Source: an uncultured Acidimicrobiia bacterium
GTDB lineage: Bacteria; Acidobacteriota; Terriglobia; Versatilivoradales; Versatilivoraceae
Length of the DNA stretch: 64,000 nucleotides
Direction: 5' to 3'
NCBI GenBank assembly: GCA_963786955.1
Contig: CAWBAT010000005.1
Span: forward strand, 1,376,001 to 1,440,000
How positions within the stretch are numbered: the first letter of the stretch is position 1; each line of letters opens with the position of its first letter. The notes under the pieces were generated by a model. That model saw nothing but the letters and a program-made list of their open reading frames with translations. It was not told where the DNA came from and did not search any database. Below are positions 10,088-19,130 of the stretch, in pieces. Both the position numbers and the translations under genes were made by a program.

Positions 10088-10849
10088 ATGAAAAGAATTC
10101 CAATCATCATCATTTTTCTGTTTGTCGCTGTCCTGCCTTTGTTGGCTGACGGGGGCAAACCAGTCGAAATTTCAGCCGAGAATCGCGCCGAGATTGATCA
10201 GTTGACGAAAAGGGCAGATTCTTTAATGGTTCGAAAGTTGTATGAAGACGCAATTCTTACCTATCAGAAAGTTCTCGTCCTGAATCCACGCGACCCCATT
10301 GCCCACAACAAGCTGGGGATTGCCTATCATTCGCTTCCGGACCTCCAGAAGGCTAAAGTGGAGTATGAACATGCGAAGAAATTGAATCCGAAGTATTATG
10401 AGGCCTGGAACAATCTGGGAACGGTGTACTACAGCCTGAAGAATTATAAAAAGGCAATCAAATATTACCAAAAAGCTGTTGTGCTCAATTCCATCTCCGC
10501 CATAGCCTACCACAACCTGGGGGCCGCCTATTTCGCAGTGAACAAGAGCGTTGAAGGTTTTCAGTCTTTACAAGAAGCTTTCCGGTTAGACCCCGCAATA
10601 CTTGAGAAGATCTCCAATTCTGGAACCATCATTCGCACGGCTGATGTGAATCAGGGAATCCAGAATTTCTATATAGCCAAGCTTTATGTTCAAAGCGGAC
10701 AAACCGAGAAGGCTATGAGCTATTTACTCAAGGCGCTTGAGAATGGTTTTGATGATTATGACAAAATCACTAAAGACCCGGATTTCAAGGCGCTGGCAGA
10801 AGATGAGCGTTTGGCCCGATTACTTCCTTCCAAGCCTAGCCCTCATTAG
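10088..10849 (+). CDS. Secreted tetratricopeptide repeat protein
   Basis: Signal peptide; TPR motifs (AHNKLGIAY, AWNNLGTVY, AYHNLGAAY); C-terminal AL.NGF..DPDF motif. Confidence 0.9.
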   Translation: MKRIPIIIIFLFVAVLPLLADGGKPVEISAENRAEIDQLTKRADSLMVRKLYEDAILTYQKVLVLNPRDPIAHNKLGIAYHSLPDLQKAKVEYEHAKKLNPKYYEAWNNLGTVYYSLKNYKKAIKYYQKAVVLNSISAIAYHNLGAAYFAVNKSVEGFQSLQEAFRLDPAILEKISNSGTIIRTADVNQGIQNFYIAKLYVQSGQTEKAMSYLLKALENGFDDYDKITKDPDFKALAEDERLARLLPSKPSPH

Positions 10850-11235
10850 GCGAATCCTAAGGTGATCCAAGAGTAGGGGTATGTCATAGCAAGTTTCCAG
10901 CAACCCTGACAATTCCGCAGTAGGCGCTTACGCCGAAACAGCGGAATAATGACGTCCTCGCGCAGTCTGTCCAATTTTCAGTACCCTGCCTCTTAATTCT
11001 CTCCTCCAATATGCCGAAAAGGATAGAAGGCCGAGGCGCCTGATTCTGTTCTTTCCTGAGCTTTTGACAATAGGACCTCTCGGCGCCTGGTTTCCTCCTG
11101 TCGGGGGAAAGAGGGTTTGATTTGCCCAAGCGGGGTAATTCTGCGCTTCTCTGTCTGACATAATTTGCACTTTCATTCTTTTACGCGACAAATTCCCCAA
11201 GTGAGCCGGATGACGAACAGTTAGACACAAACTCT

Positions 11236-12774
11236 ATGCTCGAGACACTTGATCTCAATCTAACCCTGAGTAAAGAAGCTTTTCGGGAACGTCTTGCTTC
11301 GTTGCGCGAACAGTTGTGTGACCTGCAACAACGGATTCGGGCGGCCAAAATACCCGTGGTGGTTCTTTTCGAAGGTTGGGACGCGGCCGGCAAAGGAGAC
11401 TCGATTGGCAGTCTTGCCTATTCCCTCGATCCGCGCGGATTTAAGGTCTACTCAGCCAAAGAGCCTAATGAAGAGGAATTTCTTCGTCCATTTCTTTGGA
11501 GGTTTTGGTCCCGCTTACCGGGGAAGGGAAAGTTCCTGTTTCTCGATCGATCCTGGTATCGGGTGCTCCTTGAAGATCGGGTCGACGGGATCGTGAGCCG
11601 GAGAAAGGCCGAGTCCATTGCCTACGAAATTCGCGAATTTGAGCGCCAATTGTGTGACGACGGTATTGTCCTGATCAAATTTTGGCTTCATATTTCAAAA
11701 CAAGAGCAGAAGCGCCGTCTGAAAGATATTGGAGCAGACCAACATGAGCAATGGCGACTATCACAGCCTGACTGGAAGAAACGCCGTCGCTACAAAAAAT
11801 ACGCCAAAGCGGCGGAAGACTTGCTTGTCGCGACGAGCACGGCCAATGCCCCCTGGACCTTAGTCGAAGCCAATGACAGCAGATTTCGCAGAGTCAAAGT
11901 CTTAGACTCCGTCGTGGCGACACTGAAACGAGTTCTTTCAGAACGCGGACTGGGAACCCAAGGGCCGAGTGGGGGGCAGGCCAATCGATTCAATGAGGCT
12001 CAAAAGTCGGGAGGGGAAAGTTTGGGTCTCTCTTTCCATGTTTCTCCCTCTACCACTCATACGGTGCTCGAAAGAGTGGATCTGAGCAAGCGCCTCAGCC
12101 GCGAGGAGTATGAGAACAAAATCGGCAAGCTGCAGAACCGTCTTCGGGACCTTGGACTCGAATGCTATCGCCAGAGAGTAGGGGTTGTAGTCGTCTATGA
12201 GGGGTGGGATGCTGCCGGCAAAGGCGGGAATATTAAGCGACTCACTCAGGAACTCGATCCGCGCGGTTATGATGTGATTCCGATTGCTGCGCCGGATGCC
12301 ACAGAGATCTCCCACCACTACCTGTGGCGTTTTTGGAAGCAGTTGCCCAAGGCGGGACATATGGCAATCTTCGATCGAAGCTGGTATGGCCGGGTCTTAG
12401 TGGATCGGGTCGAAGGTTTTGCCACAGAAAATGAATGGCGCCGAGCTTATCAGGAGATCAATGTCTTCGAGCGCCATATCGAGTCGTCCGGTGCCGTGCT
12501 GTTTAAATTTTGGTTGCATTTCAGTCCTGAAGAACAGCTGCGCCGCTTTCTGGATAGGGAGACGACCCCACACAAAATGCACAAGATCAGTCTGGATGAT
12601 TGGCGCGCCCGGGCGCGCTGGAACGATTACATGCTTGCAGTGTCGGAAATGGTAGAAAGAACCAGCACTGTGCACGCCCCCTGGACGTTAGTGGAAGCAG
12701 AAGATAAACTCTGGGCGCGCGTGAAAACACTTTCCACTCTGGTAGGTGCTCTTGAAAAAAGACTTAAGCTTTGA
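11236..12774 (+). CDS. pap: Polyphosphate:AMP phosphotransferase (two-domain PPK2)
   Basis: Two PPK2 domains, each with EGWDAAGKG, LDPRG, LWRFW and DRSWY. Confidence 0.93.
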   Translation: MLETLDLNLTLSKEAFRERLASLREQLCDLQQRIRAAKIPVVVLFEGWDAAGKGDSIGSLAYSLDPRGFKVYSAKEPNEEEFLRPFLWRFWSRLPGKGKFLFLDRSWYRVLLEDRVDGIVSRRKAESIAYEIREFERQLCDDGIVLIKFWLHISKQEQKRRLKDIGADQHEQWRLSQPDWKKRRRYKKYAKAAEDLLVATSTANAPWTLVEANDSRFRRVKVLDSVVATLKRVLSERGLGTQGPSGGQANRFNEAQKSGGESLGLSFHVSPSTTHTVLERVDLSKRLSREEYENKIGKLQNRLRDLGLECYRQRVGVVVVYEGWDAAGKGGNIKRLTQELDPRGYDVIPIAAPDATEISHHYLWRFWKQLPKAGHMAIFDRSWYGRVLVDRVEGFATENEWRRAYQEINVFERHIESSGAVLFKFWLHFSPEEQLRRFLDRETTPHKMHKISLDDWRARARWNDYMLAVSEMVERTSTVHAPWTLVEAEDKLWARVKTLSTLVGALEKRLKL

Positions 12775-12775
12775 A

Positions 12776-13031
12776 CCCGAGTTCCGAAGTTGGGCGTGCG
12801 TCGCTAGGTGGAGCGGGCGCTCCTGCGCACGCTCAATGAACGCACGGCGGAGCTTGCGTTCCACCTGAATCCGCAGGTCATCGATACACTTTTCCCCTTT
12901 CCTGAGCGTCTGGCAAGTCTCAGGCAAATCAGCAAATCGATAGAAATCCCTGTCGCCGGGTAGGGTCGCCCGGCCTACAGCCGTTATAGGCCGCATGACC
13001 TCACGCGGCGGCTGGTGTTGAGGAATCCGGG
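12776..13031. repeat. Family A element (inverted relative to 5309) fused to a GTAG-type palindrome module
   Basis: CCCGAGTTCCGAAGTTGGGCG..GGTGGAGCGGGCGCTCC core. The 3' part GCCGGGTAGGGTCGCCCGGCCTAC resembles the family C interior. Confidence 0.75.
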
Positions 13032-13035
13032 TTAG

Positions 13036-13569
13036 TCACTCCATGAGGGAAAGATCGATGTCAATATTTTCTTCCCTTTCCACTTCAGCAAAGCGAGTGC
13101 GTAATTGATTGATGTTGAGACCGGCAGGGACAGATAGGTCTGCCTCCATCCGGAAAATGGGCGTGCCACTGACTGGAGCCGGATAAGTTTTGGTCTCCAT
13201 CGATTCGATGTTGATTGACATCTCGCTCAAGAGGGCGCTCAAGCGGTGAACAACCCCCGGATGATCCATGCAGGACGCCGTAAGTCGATAGGGAAGAGTT
13301 TGGGAAGAAGTCATCTTGCTGGAGGGCCTTTTCACCCAAATCGTCAAGCCAGTCATCGTTCCCAGTTCATTGTAAGTGCGCGCGATTTTCGTCAGATTTT
13401 CGGATAGCCCTGTGATGAGGATGATCAGGGCAAATTCTCCACAAAAGACCGCCATCTTGCTGTCTTCGATATTGCATCCTTGTTCAACGATAAATTCCGA
13501 AATCTTTTCAACCAAACCAATTTGATCCCGCCCAACCGCAGTCAGGATGAGGCTTTCTTTTTCTTGCAT
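13036..13569 (-). CDS. ACT-domain glycine cleavage system repressor-like protein (GcvR family)
   Basis: LTAVGRDQIGLV..GCNIEDSKM plus a second ACT domain DHPGVV..INIE; RBS GGGGAG before the ATG at 13569. Confidence 0.85.
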   Translation of the reverse strand: MQEKESLILTAVGRDQIGLVEKISEFIVEQGCNIEDSKMAVFCGEFALIILITGLSENLTKIARTYNELGTMTGLTIWVKRPSSKMTSSQTLPYRLTASCMDHPGVVHRLSALLSEMSINIESMETKTYPAPVSGTPIFRMEADLSVPAGLNINQLRTRFAEVEREENIDIDLSLME

Positions 13570-13872
13570 TTCATCTCCCCCTTGTTTCCATATGAAAAGT
13601 TTTTGCAAGGGATATTGACATCGTTTCTCCGATTTTCTCTATATGGCCCGGGGTTGCTCTTCCCGTCATCCCTTGTTGTTAAAGGGATTTTACAGGGCGC
13701 CCTTCTCCCTCACAAATGTGAGTTAAAGAAAACCGCGGAGTAGGACGCCCGCTAATCATTGACGCCATCGCCAACAAATCCGAAATAACTCCGGTGCGTT
13801 CTTCGATTTCATCTGGTAGACTCATAGGGAATCCGTAGGCTGGCGTGAATACCTGAAAGGGAGGAACTCACT

Positions 13873-14583
13873 GTGCGTAGTTTTATCATATTTTCTCTTA
13901 TTATCGTTTTGTTAACTTCCGGGGGAATCTCAATTGGCCAGGCGCAAACGAAAGAGGCCAATCGTTTGAAATCCTCGGCTACGGTCTTAAATGAGATCAT
14001 GGCTACGCCAGACAAATCGATACCCGAAGATCTACTCACCAAGTGTGCCTGTGTGGTGGTAATCCCATCCATGAAAAAGGGTGGGTTTATTTTCGGCGGC
14101 CGCTATGGACGTGGCGCGGTGAGTTGCCGCAAGAACGGCGGGACAGGCGAATGGGGTCCTCCATCGATGGTTGATTTGACTGGAGGCAGTTTTGGCTTGT
14201 TGGCCGGAGGAGCTGCTGTAGATGTCGTCATGTTGGTCATGGACCTGGATGGGATCAATAGTCTCATCAAAAACAAGTTCACGCTCGGCGGTGATGCATC
14301 TGTTGCAGCCGGCCCGGTAGGGAGATCAAGTTCGGCCGAGACGGATGCGTACATGAAAGCAAAAATCCTGAGCTATTCCCGCAGTCAAGGGGTCTTTGTC
14401 GGCCTGGAACTCAATGGTGCAGTGCTCAAGCAGGATCGCGATGCCAATCAGGTAATTTATGGAAAGGTTGTCGGTGCCAAAGACTTGCTTTTCGACGCGA
14501 CTGAGCCGGTTCCAAAAGATGCCCAGGAGTTTATTCAGACACTGAACAAATACTCTCCTGCTCGGTACAGGAAACCTTCGTAG
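13873..14583 (+). CDS. Lipid-binding SYLF (Ysc84) domain protein
   Basis: Signal peptide; KKGGFIFGGRYGRG, GGSFG, LGGDASVAAGPVGR, SYSRSQGVF; GGGAGG RBS. Confidence 0.93.
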   Translation: MRSFIIFSLIIVLLTSGGISIGQAQTKEANRLKSSATVLNEIMATPDKSIPEDLLTKCACVVVIPSMKKGGFIFGGRYGRGAVSCRKNGGTGEWGPPSMVDLTGGSFGLLAGGAAVDVVMLVMDLDGINSLIKNKFTLGGDASVAAGPVGRSSSAETDAYMKAKILSYSRSQGVFVGLELNGAVLKQDRDANQVIYGKVVGAKDLLFDATEPVPKDAQEFIQTLNKYSPARYRKPS

Positions 14584-14724
14584 GAATATCCCTGATCGAC
14601 TTCAAGGGAAGTCCAGATCACCCTGCTTGCACCGAAGATGCAGTCACGGCCATCTCAACGCCTAGTTTGTTCTGGCTAGAGGGCCGGTCCCTCCGGACGT
14701 CGGAAGGATGTTTTCAGGCCGGCA

Positions 14725-15612
14725 TCAAGATTTGAGTTCTCCTCCTCCATTTAAAGCTTCCAATGCGAGAATGAGCGCTTGAGTTCCTTTTTTGGCCCCT
14801 CCACACGCTAGCACAGCCTGGTAGAGCTGCTTAACTAAAGCTGTTCCAGGTAGGGCTAGATTCATTCGTTCAGCCTCGGCTGTTATGATCCCCATGTCTT
14901 TAATGAAATGCTCGACATAAAAGCCCGGCTCCAAATCCCCCTTGAGAATCCGCGGCATCAGGTTTTGCAGGGCCCAAGAAGTTGCGGCTCCTCCGCTGAC
15001 ACTCTGTAAGACACTTTCAAGATTGAGTCCCGCTCTTCGAGCATACATCAATCCCTCGCAGAGGCTGAGCATGATTCCGGTGATGAGGATCTGGTTCACC
15101 ATCTTGGCATGTTGTCCTGCTCCCGCTGGGCCGTGCAGGAGAATGGTTTTTCCCAGCTTCTCAAATAATGGTTTCATCTGCTCAAAAGTATCGGAGTCTC
15201 CGCCTACCATGATGGACAAGGCGGCATTCTTTGCGCCCACATCCCCCCCAGTTACCGGGGCATCGAGCAGGCGCAATCCCCGTTTCGTTCCTTCTAAAGA
15301 CAAGCGCTGAGCCAAGGCTGGGCTGCTGGTCGTCATATCCACGGCTACCGTGCCAGGCTGGGCCGTTGAAAAAATCCCTACGGAACCAAGATAGACTTCC
15401 TCGACATCACTGGGAAGGCCAACCATCGTGAAGACGGTTTCCGAATTTTCAGCCACAGAGGCAGGTGTTTCTCCCCAGACGGCCCCACGTTGCAGAAGTA
15501 CCTCCGCTTTTTCCTTGCTGCGGTTGTAAACCGTCAGGGTGTGACCGGCAGTGAGTAAATGGCCTGCCAGAGATCGACCCATCACTCCTGTTCCAATCCA
15601 TCCGATTCGCAT
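14725..15612 (-). CDS. NAD(P)-dependent beta-hydroxyacid dehydrogenase (GarR/MmsB family)
   Basis: IGWIGTGVMG, DAPVTGGD, GAGQHAKMVNQ, HFIKDMG. Confidence 0.92.
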   Translation of the reverse strand: MRIGWIGTGVMGRSLAGHLLTAGHTLTVYNRSKEKAEVLLQRGAVWGETPASVAENSETVFTMVGLPSDVEEVYLGSVGIFSTAQPGTVAVDMTTSSPALAQRLSLEGTKRGLRLLDAPVTGGDVGAKNAALSIMVGGDSDTFEQMKPLFEKLGKTILLHGPAGAGQHAKMVNQILITGIMLSLCEGLMYARRAGLNLESVLQSVSGGAATSWALQNLMPRILKGDLEPGFYVEHFIKDMGIITAEAERMNLALPGTALVKQLYQAVLACGGAKKGTQALILALEALNGGGELKS

Positions 15613-15661
15613 CTCTTCTTCTCCTTCTCTTTCATGGGGGATAGGGCCTGCTTCTTAACGG

Positions 15662-16429
15662 TTACGCTCGCTTATACTTCTTGAGAGTGCTGGCCAAATT
15701 CTGCATTCCAGCTGCAACAACTCCTCCGTCGGATCCCAGCGCTACGAATGTGAACCCTTCGCTGAGCACAAGTTCCACTTCTCCGGCGTTCGAAACCAGT
15801 ATCCCGGGAGCTTTACCGTTGCTTTTGCAGGCGGCAACCACTTTTGCTAATGCCTTTCGGAATTCAGGATGATCGAAATTCCGCTCCAAACCTAGGCTAG
15901 CACTAAGATCTGTTGGCCCCACGAACAAGACATCAGCTCCATCAACGCCCGCAATAGCTTCGGCCTGCTCGACGGCTTGACGAGTTTCGATCTGAATGAC
16001 AGTCAGGAGCTGATCGTTAGCCGTCGCGAAATATTGCTCAAAGCCGGTTCCGAACCTGCAAGCGCGATTAAGGCTGGCTACCCCGCGAATTCCATGGGGA
16101 GGATAGCGCATCGCTTCAACTGCCTGTCGTGCCTGGTCAGCCGTGTTGACATAGGGAACCATGATGCCGGATGGGCCCAAGTCGAGGGCACGCTTGAAGC
16201 GAGGTGCCTCATTCCAGGCAATTCTCACGATTGGCGCTGCCGGTGTGCACCCGGCAGCTTGCAACTGGTGAACGAGCTCTGAAAAATCTCCAGAGCCGTG
16301 CTCCAGATCGATCAAGAGCCAATCAAATCCTGTGTTTCCGGCGATCTCGACAGTCAATGCCGATCCGAGATTCAGAAAAGTTCCAGTCATTAGTTGACCG
16401 TCCAATACTTTGTGGCGGATGGAGAGCAT
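15662..16429 (-). CDS. HpcH/HpaI (GarL-like) class II pyruvate aldolase
   Basis: DWLLIDLEHG, RYPPHGIRG, QIET, LFVGPTDL. Confidence 0.92.
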   Translation of the reverse strand: MLSIRHKVLDGQLMTGTFLNLGSALTVEIAGNTGFDWLLIDLEHGSGDFSELVHQLQAAGCTPAAPIVRIAWNEAPRFKRALDLGPSGIMVPYVNTADQARQAVEAMRYPPHGIRGVASLNRACRFGTGFEQYFATANDQLLTVIQIETRQAVEQAEAIAGVDGADVLFVGPTDLSASLGLERNFDHPEFRKALAKVVAACKSNGKAPGILVSNAGEVELVLSEGFTFVALGSDGGVVAAGMQNLASTLKKYKRA

Positions 16430-16711
16430 AGGTTATTTGTTCCTTTCTTGTGATACGAGAACCACCGGATGGTGGGATATGCATGCGGCAGATGCAACTT
16501 TGCCATGAATAAAAACCCATGAATACCAGATTCGAGGTGTTGGAATCAATTTTGTTCTTACTGAGCCCAGTAGCGACAGGCTTCCACGCCCGTCATCGCG
16601 GCTGAAAATCAGGCTGGTTATCAACAATAAGAAGCGCCGGAGCCAGCCGACTGGTGGATTAAGCTGTCCGCCAATTTCGTCGAATTCGCCCCCGATCCTT
16701 CGCGGGTAATT

Positions 16712-16945
16712 CTAGAGGGTGGAGCGGGCGCTCCGGCGCACGCTCAGTGAACGCGCGACAGCGCGCGCGTTCCACCCTTGTTTCCATTCGGCCTCGTAGA
16801 TCTCGGCCCTCACACCGAGAATCTGATTTGGAGGGCGGAGCTCCGCAACGCCGTTTTCGCCGAGAAACACCGTCCGTAGGGGCGAAGCATTCAGTGACGG
16901 TTGATGAATCGGTTTCTGCATAGCAAGCAAATGCTTCGCCCCTAC
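16712..16945. repeat. Cluster of REP-like palindromes including a GTAG-type doublet
   Basis: Family A core (16716-16778), GAGGGCGGAGCTCCGC, and an inverted pair GTAGGGGCGAAGCATT (16876) / AATGCTTCGCCCCTAC (ends 16945). Confidence 0.75.
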
Positions 16946-17107
16946 AAAATTCATCACCACGAAATTCATTCGTCCCACACCTGTTTCCTCTTGCACCATC
17001 ACGGCCTCGGAAGACTCGGGCCTTCAATCAATCTTGGATTCGGCCGAGGGAATAGACATGAGCTATCGTGCTTGCTTCTTCCGTTGCCACACCCATATAA
17101 TTCCCGC

Positions 17108-18652
17108 GTGAAATTAAGACGTTCGAGTGGCATTCTTCTTCATCCAACTTCTCTTCCAGGCCGATTTGGCATCGGCGACTTGGGGCCGGAAGCTTTTCAG
17201 TTTGTCGATTTCCTCCATTCAACAAGACAGTCTCTCTGGCAGGTGTTGCCTCTAGGTCCTACGGGTTACGGGGATTCTCCCTACCAAACTTTTTCTGCTT
17301 TTGCAGGAAATCCGTTGCTCATCAGTCTTGAAAAGCTTTCGGAAGAAGGACTCCTTGCGCCCTGCGATTTAGACAATCCCCCTTCTGGATCATTATCGAA
17401 GGTTGATTTCAGCGCCGTCACGGCGTGGAAGCTTCCTCTACTCAGAAAGGCCTACGAGAAGTTCTGGTCTCATGCCTCAGCTTCGCAGCGCGAAGTATTC
17501 CAATCTTTTTGTATGAGGAACGCTTCTTGGCTGGAAGATTATGCCCTCTTCATGGCAGTGAAACAAAAGCACGGAGGCATTGCCTGGAATGATTGGGAAG
17601 GGCCCATTGCTCAGCGGGAGCCCGAGGCTCTAACGAAATGGGCCCATGAGTTTGCGGGTGAAATAGACTCTCACAAATTCACCCAGTTCCTTTTCTTCCA
17701 TCAGTGGAAGGAACTTAAGCAATACTGTCACAACCGCGCAGTCCAGGTCATGGGAGACATCCCGATTTTTGTGTCGCGCGATAGTTCGGACGTTTGGGCC
17801 CATCCAGAATTGTTTTGTCTGGATGCAGAAGGAAGCCCAACGGTGGTTGCCGGTGTCCCCCCCGACTATTTCAGCGCGACTGGGCAGCTTTGGGGAAATC
17901 CGTTGTATCGTTGGGAGATCATGGAGCACTCCGGATTTGGTTGGTGGATCGAACGGTTTCGAGCCGCCTTTGAATTGTTCGAGCTCGTCCGTTTGGACCA
18001 TTTTCGTGGGTTTGAGGCTTATTGGGAAGTGCCTGCCTCGGAGAAAACAGCAGTGGCAGGTCGGTGGGTGAAAGGTCCAGGAGCGGCCCTATTCGAAGCA
18101 GTGCGCAAGGAATTCGGGAATTTGCCAATAGTCGCCGAAAATCTGGGGGTCATTACGCCCGAAGTAGTCGAGTTGATGGAGCAATTTGGTTTCCCGGGAA
18201 TGGCTGTCCTGCAATTTGCTTTCGCTGCCGCTTCACCAGCCTCTGATTTTTTGCCCCACAATTATAGACGGAATCAGGTCGTGTATACCGGGACGCACGA
18301 CAATAATACAACCATCGGGTGGTGGACCGACACAGGCACTCTGGATAGTACTCGCACGCTTCAAGAAGTAGATCAAGAGCGGGCTTTCGCTTTGAAATAC
18401 CTGGCCACTGACGCTATCGACATCCACTGGACGTTTATCCGAGCGGTTTTCGCTTCAGTCGCCAACCTGGCCATTGTCCCGCTGCAGGATCTTTTGGGTC
18501 TTGGGAGTGAAGCGAGAATGAACCTGCCCGCAAAGCCTGATGGCAACTGGCGTTGGCGCTATCGTCGCGAAATGATCACTCCGGAAATAGCAGAACGTCT
18601 CAAGGGAATGACGATCCTTTATGGGCGCGCGACAACGGGGGGGCCACTATGA
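17108..18652 (+). CDS. malQ: 4-alpha-glucanotransferase (GH77 amylomaltase)
   Basis: SGILLHPTSLP, GVPPDYFSATGQLWGNPLY, RLDHFRGF, AENLG, YTGTHDNNT; GTG start at 17108. Confidence 0.97.
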   Translation: MKLRRSSGILLHPTSLPGRFGIGDLGPEAFQFVDFLHSTRQSLWQVLPLGPTGYGDSPYQTFSAFAGNPLLISLEKLSEEGLLAPCDLDNPPSGSLSKVDFSAVTAWKLPLLRKAYEKFWSHASASQREVFQSFCMRNASWLEDYALFMAVKQKHGGIAWNDWEGPIAQREPEALTKWAHEFAGEIDSHKFTQFLFFHQWKELKQYCHNRAVQVMGDIPIFVSRDSSDVWAHPELFCLDAEGSPTVVAGVPPDYFSATGQLWGNPLYRWEIMEHSGFGWWIERFRAAFELFELVRLDHFRGFEAYWEVPASEKTAVAGRWVKGPGAALFEAVRKEFGNLPIVAENLGVITPEVVELMEQFGFPGMAVLQFAFAAASPASDFLPHNYRRNQVVYTGTHDNNTTIGWWTDTGTLDSTRTLQEVDQERAFALKYLATDAIDIHWTFIRAVFASVANLAIVPLQDLLGLGSEARMNLPAKPDGNWRWRYRREMITPEIAERLKGMTILYGRATTGGPL

Positions 18653-18719
18653 TTTTACGCGGATCTCCCCCTTCTCCCCCTACCAAAGGGAGGCGACGAA
18701 ACAAATTCCTACCGTTGCT

Positions 18720-18966
18720 TTCTCAATGGTTTAAACAACGAGTTTACAAGTTGGAGAAAGAAGCATTGTATGATGCAAGTCATTTCAGCCCTGCTTTGGA
18801 AAAAGCGATGGAATGGGGTGATCGGATTCCCATCGGACTCTTCTATCGGCAGGAGAGGGCGGTGTACGAAGACAGCGGGCCGGCAGTCCAAAAAGGGCCA
18901 CTGGTCGATCAGGAACTCAAGGTAGATCGGGAGTTATTTGAAAGCCTTGTTGGGGAACTTGTTTGA
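18720..18966 (+). pseudogene. C-terminal remnant of a 2-oxoacid:ferredoxin oxidoreductase beta subunit
   Basis: WFKQRVYKLE..YD....ALEKAMEWGDRIPIGLFY...R.VYED matches the PFO_beta_C region; the TPP-binding N-terminus is absent. Confidence 0.7.
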
Positions 18967-19130
18967 AGTGTTGCACCCGCCTCCTAAAGAGTTGCAACTG
19001 CCCCAGACGCAGGAATGCGCTCTAAAAAGGAATTGACCATCGAGGCATAGGCATGCTCTTGTAGTCAGTAAGGAGCAGTCTTGATTCCTGCTATGTCATC
19101 CGGGAGTGATGGCCAAGGTGATGGTGAAGA

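Noticed and set aside
16901-17107. His-rich N-terminal extension of MalQ in the ORF track
   Set aside because: It runs through REP DNA and family similarity begins at GTG 17108. Similar spurious extensions affect the ORFs starting at 22214, 24156 and 43014.
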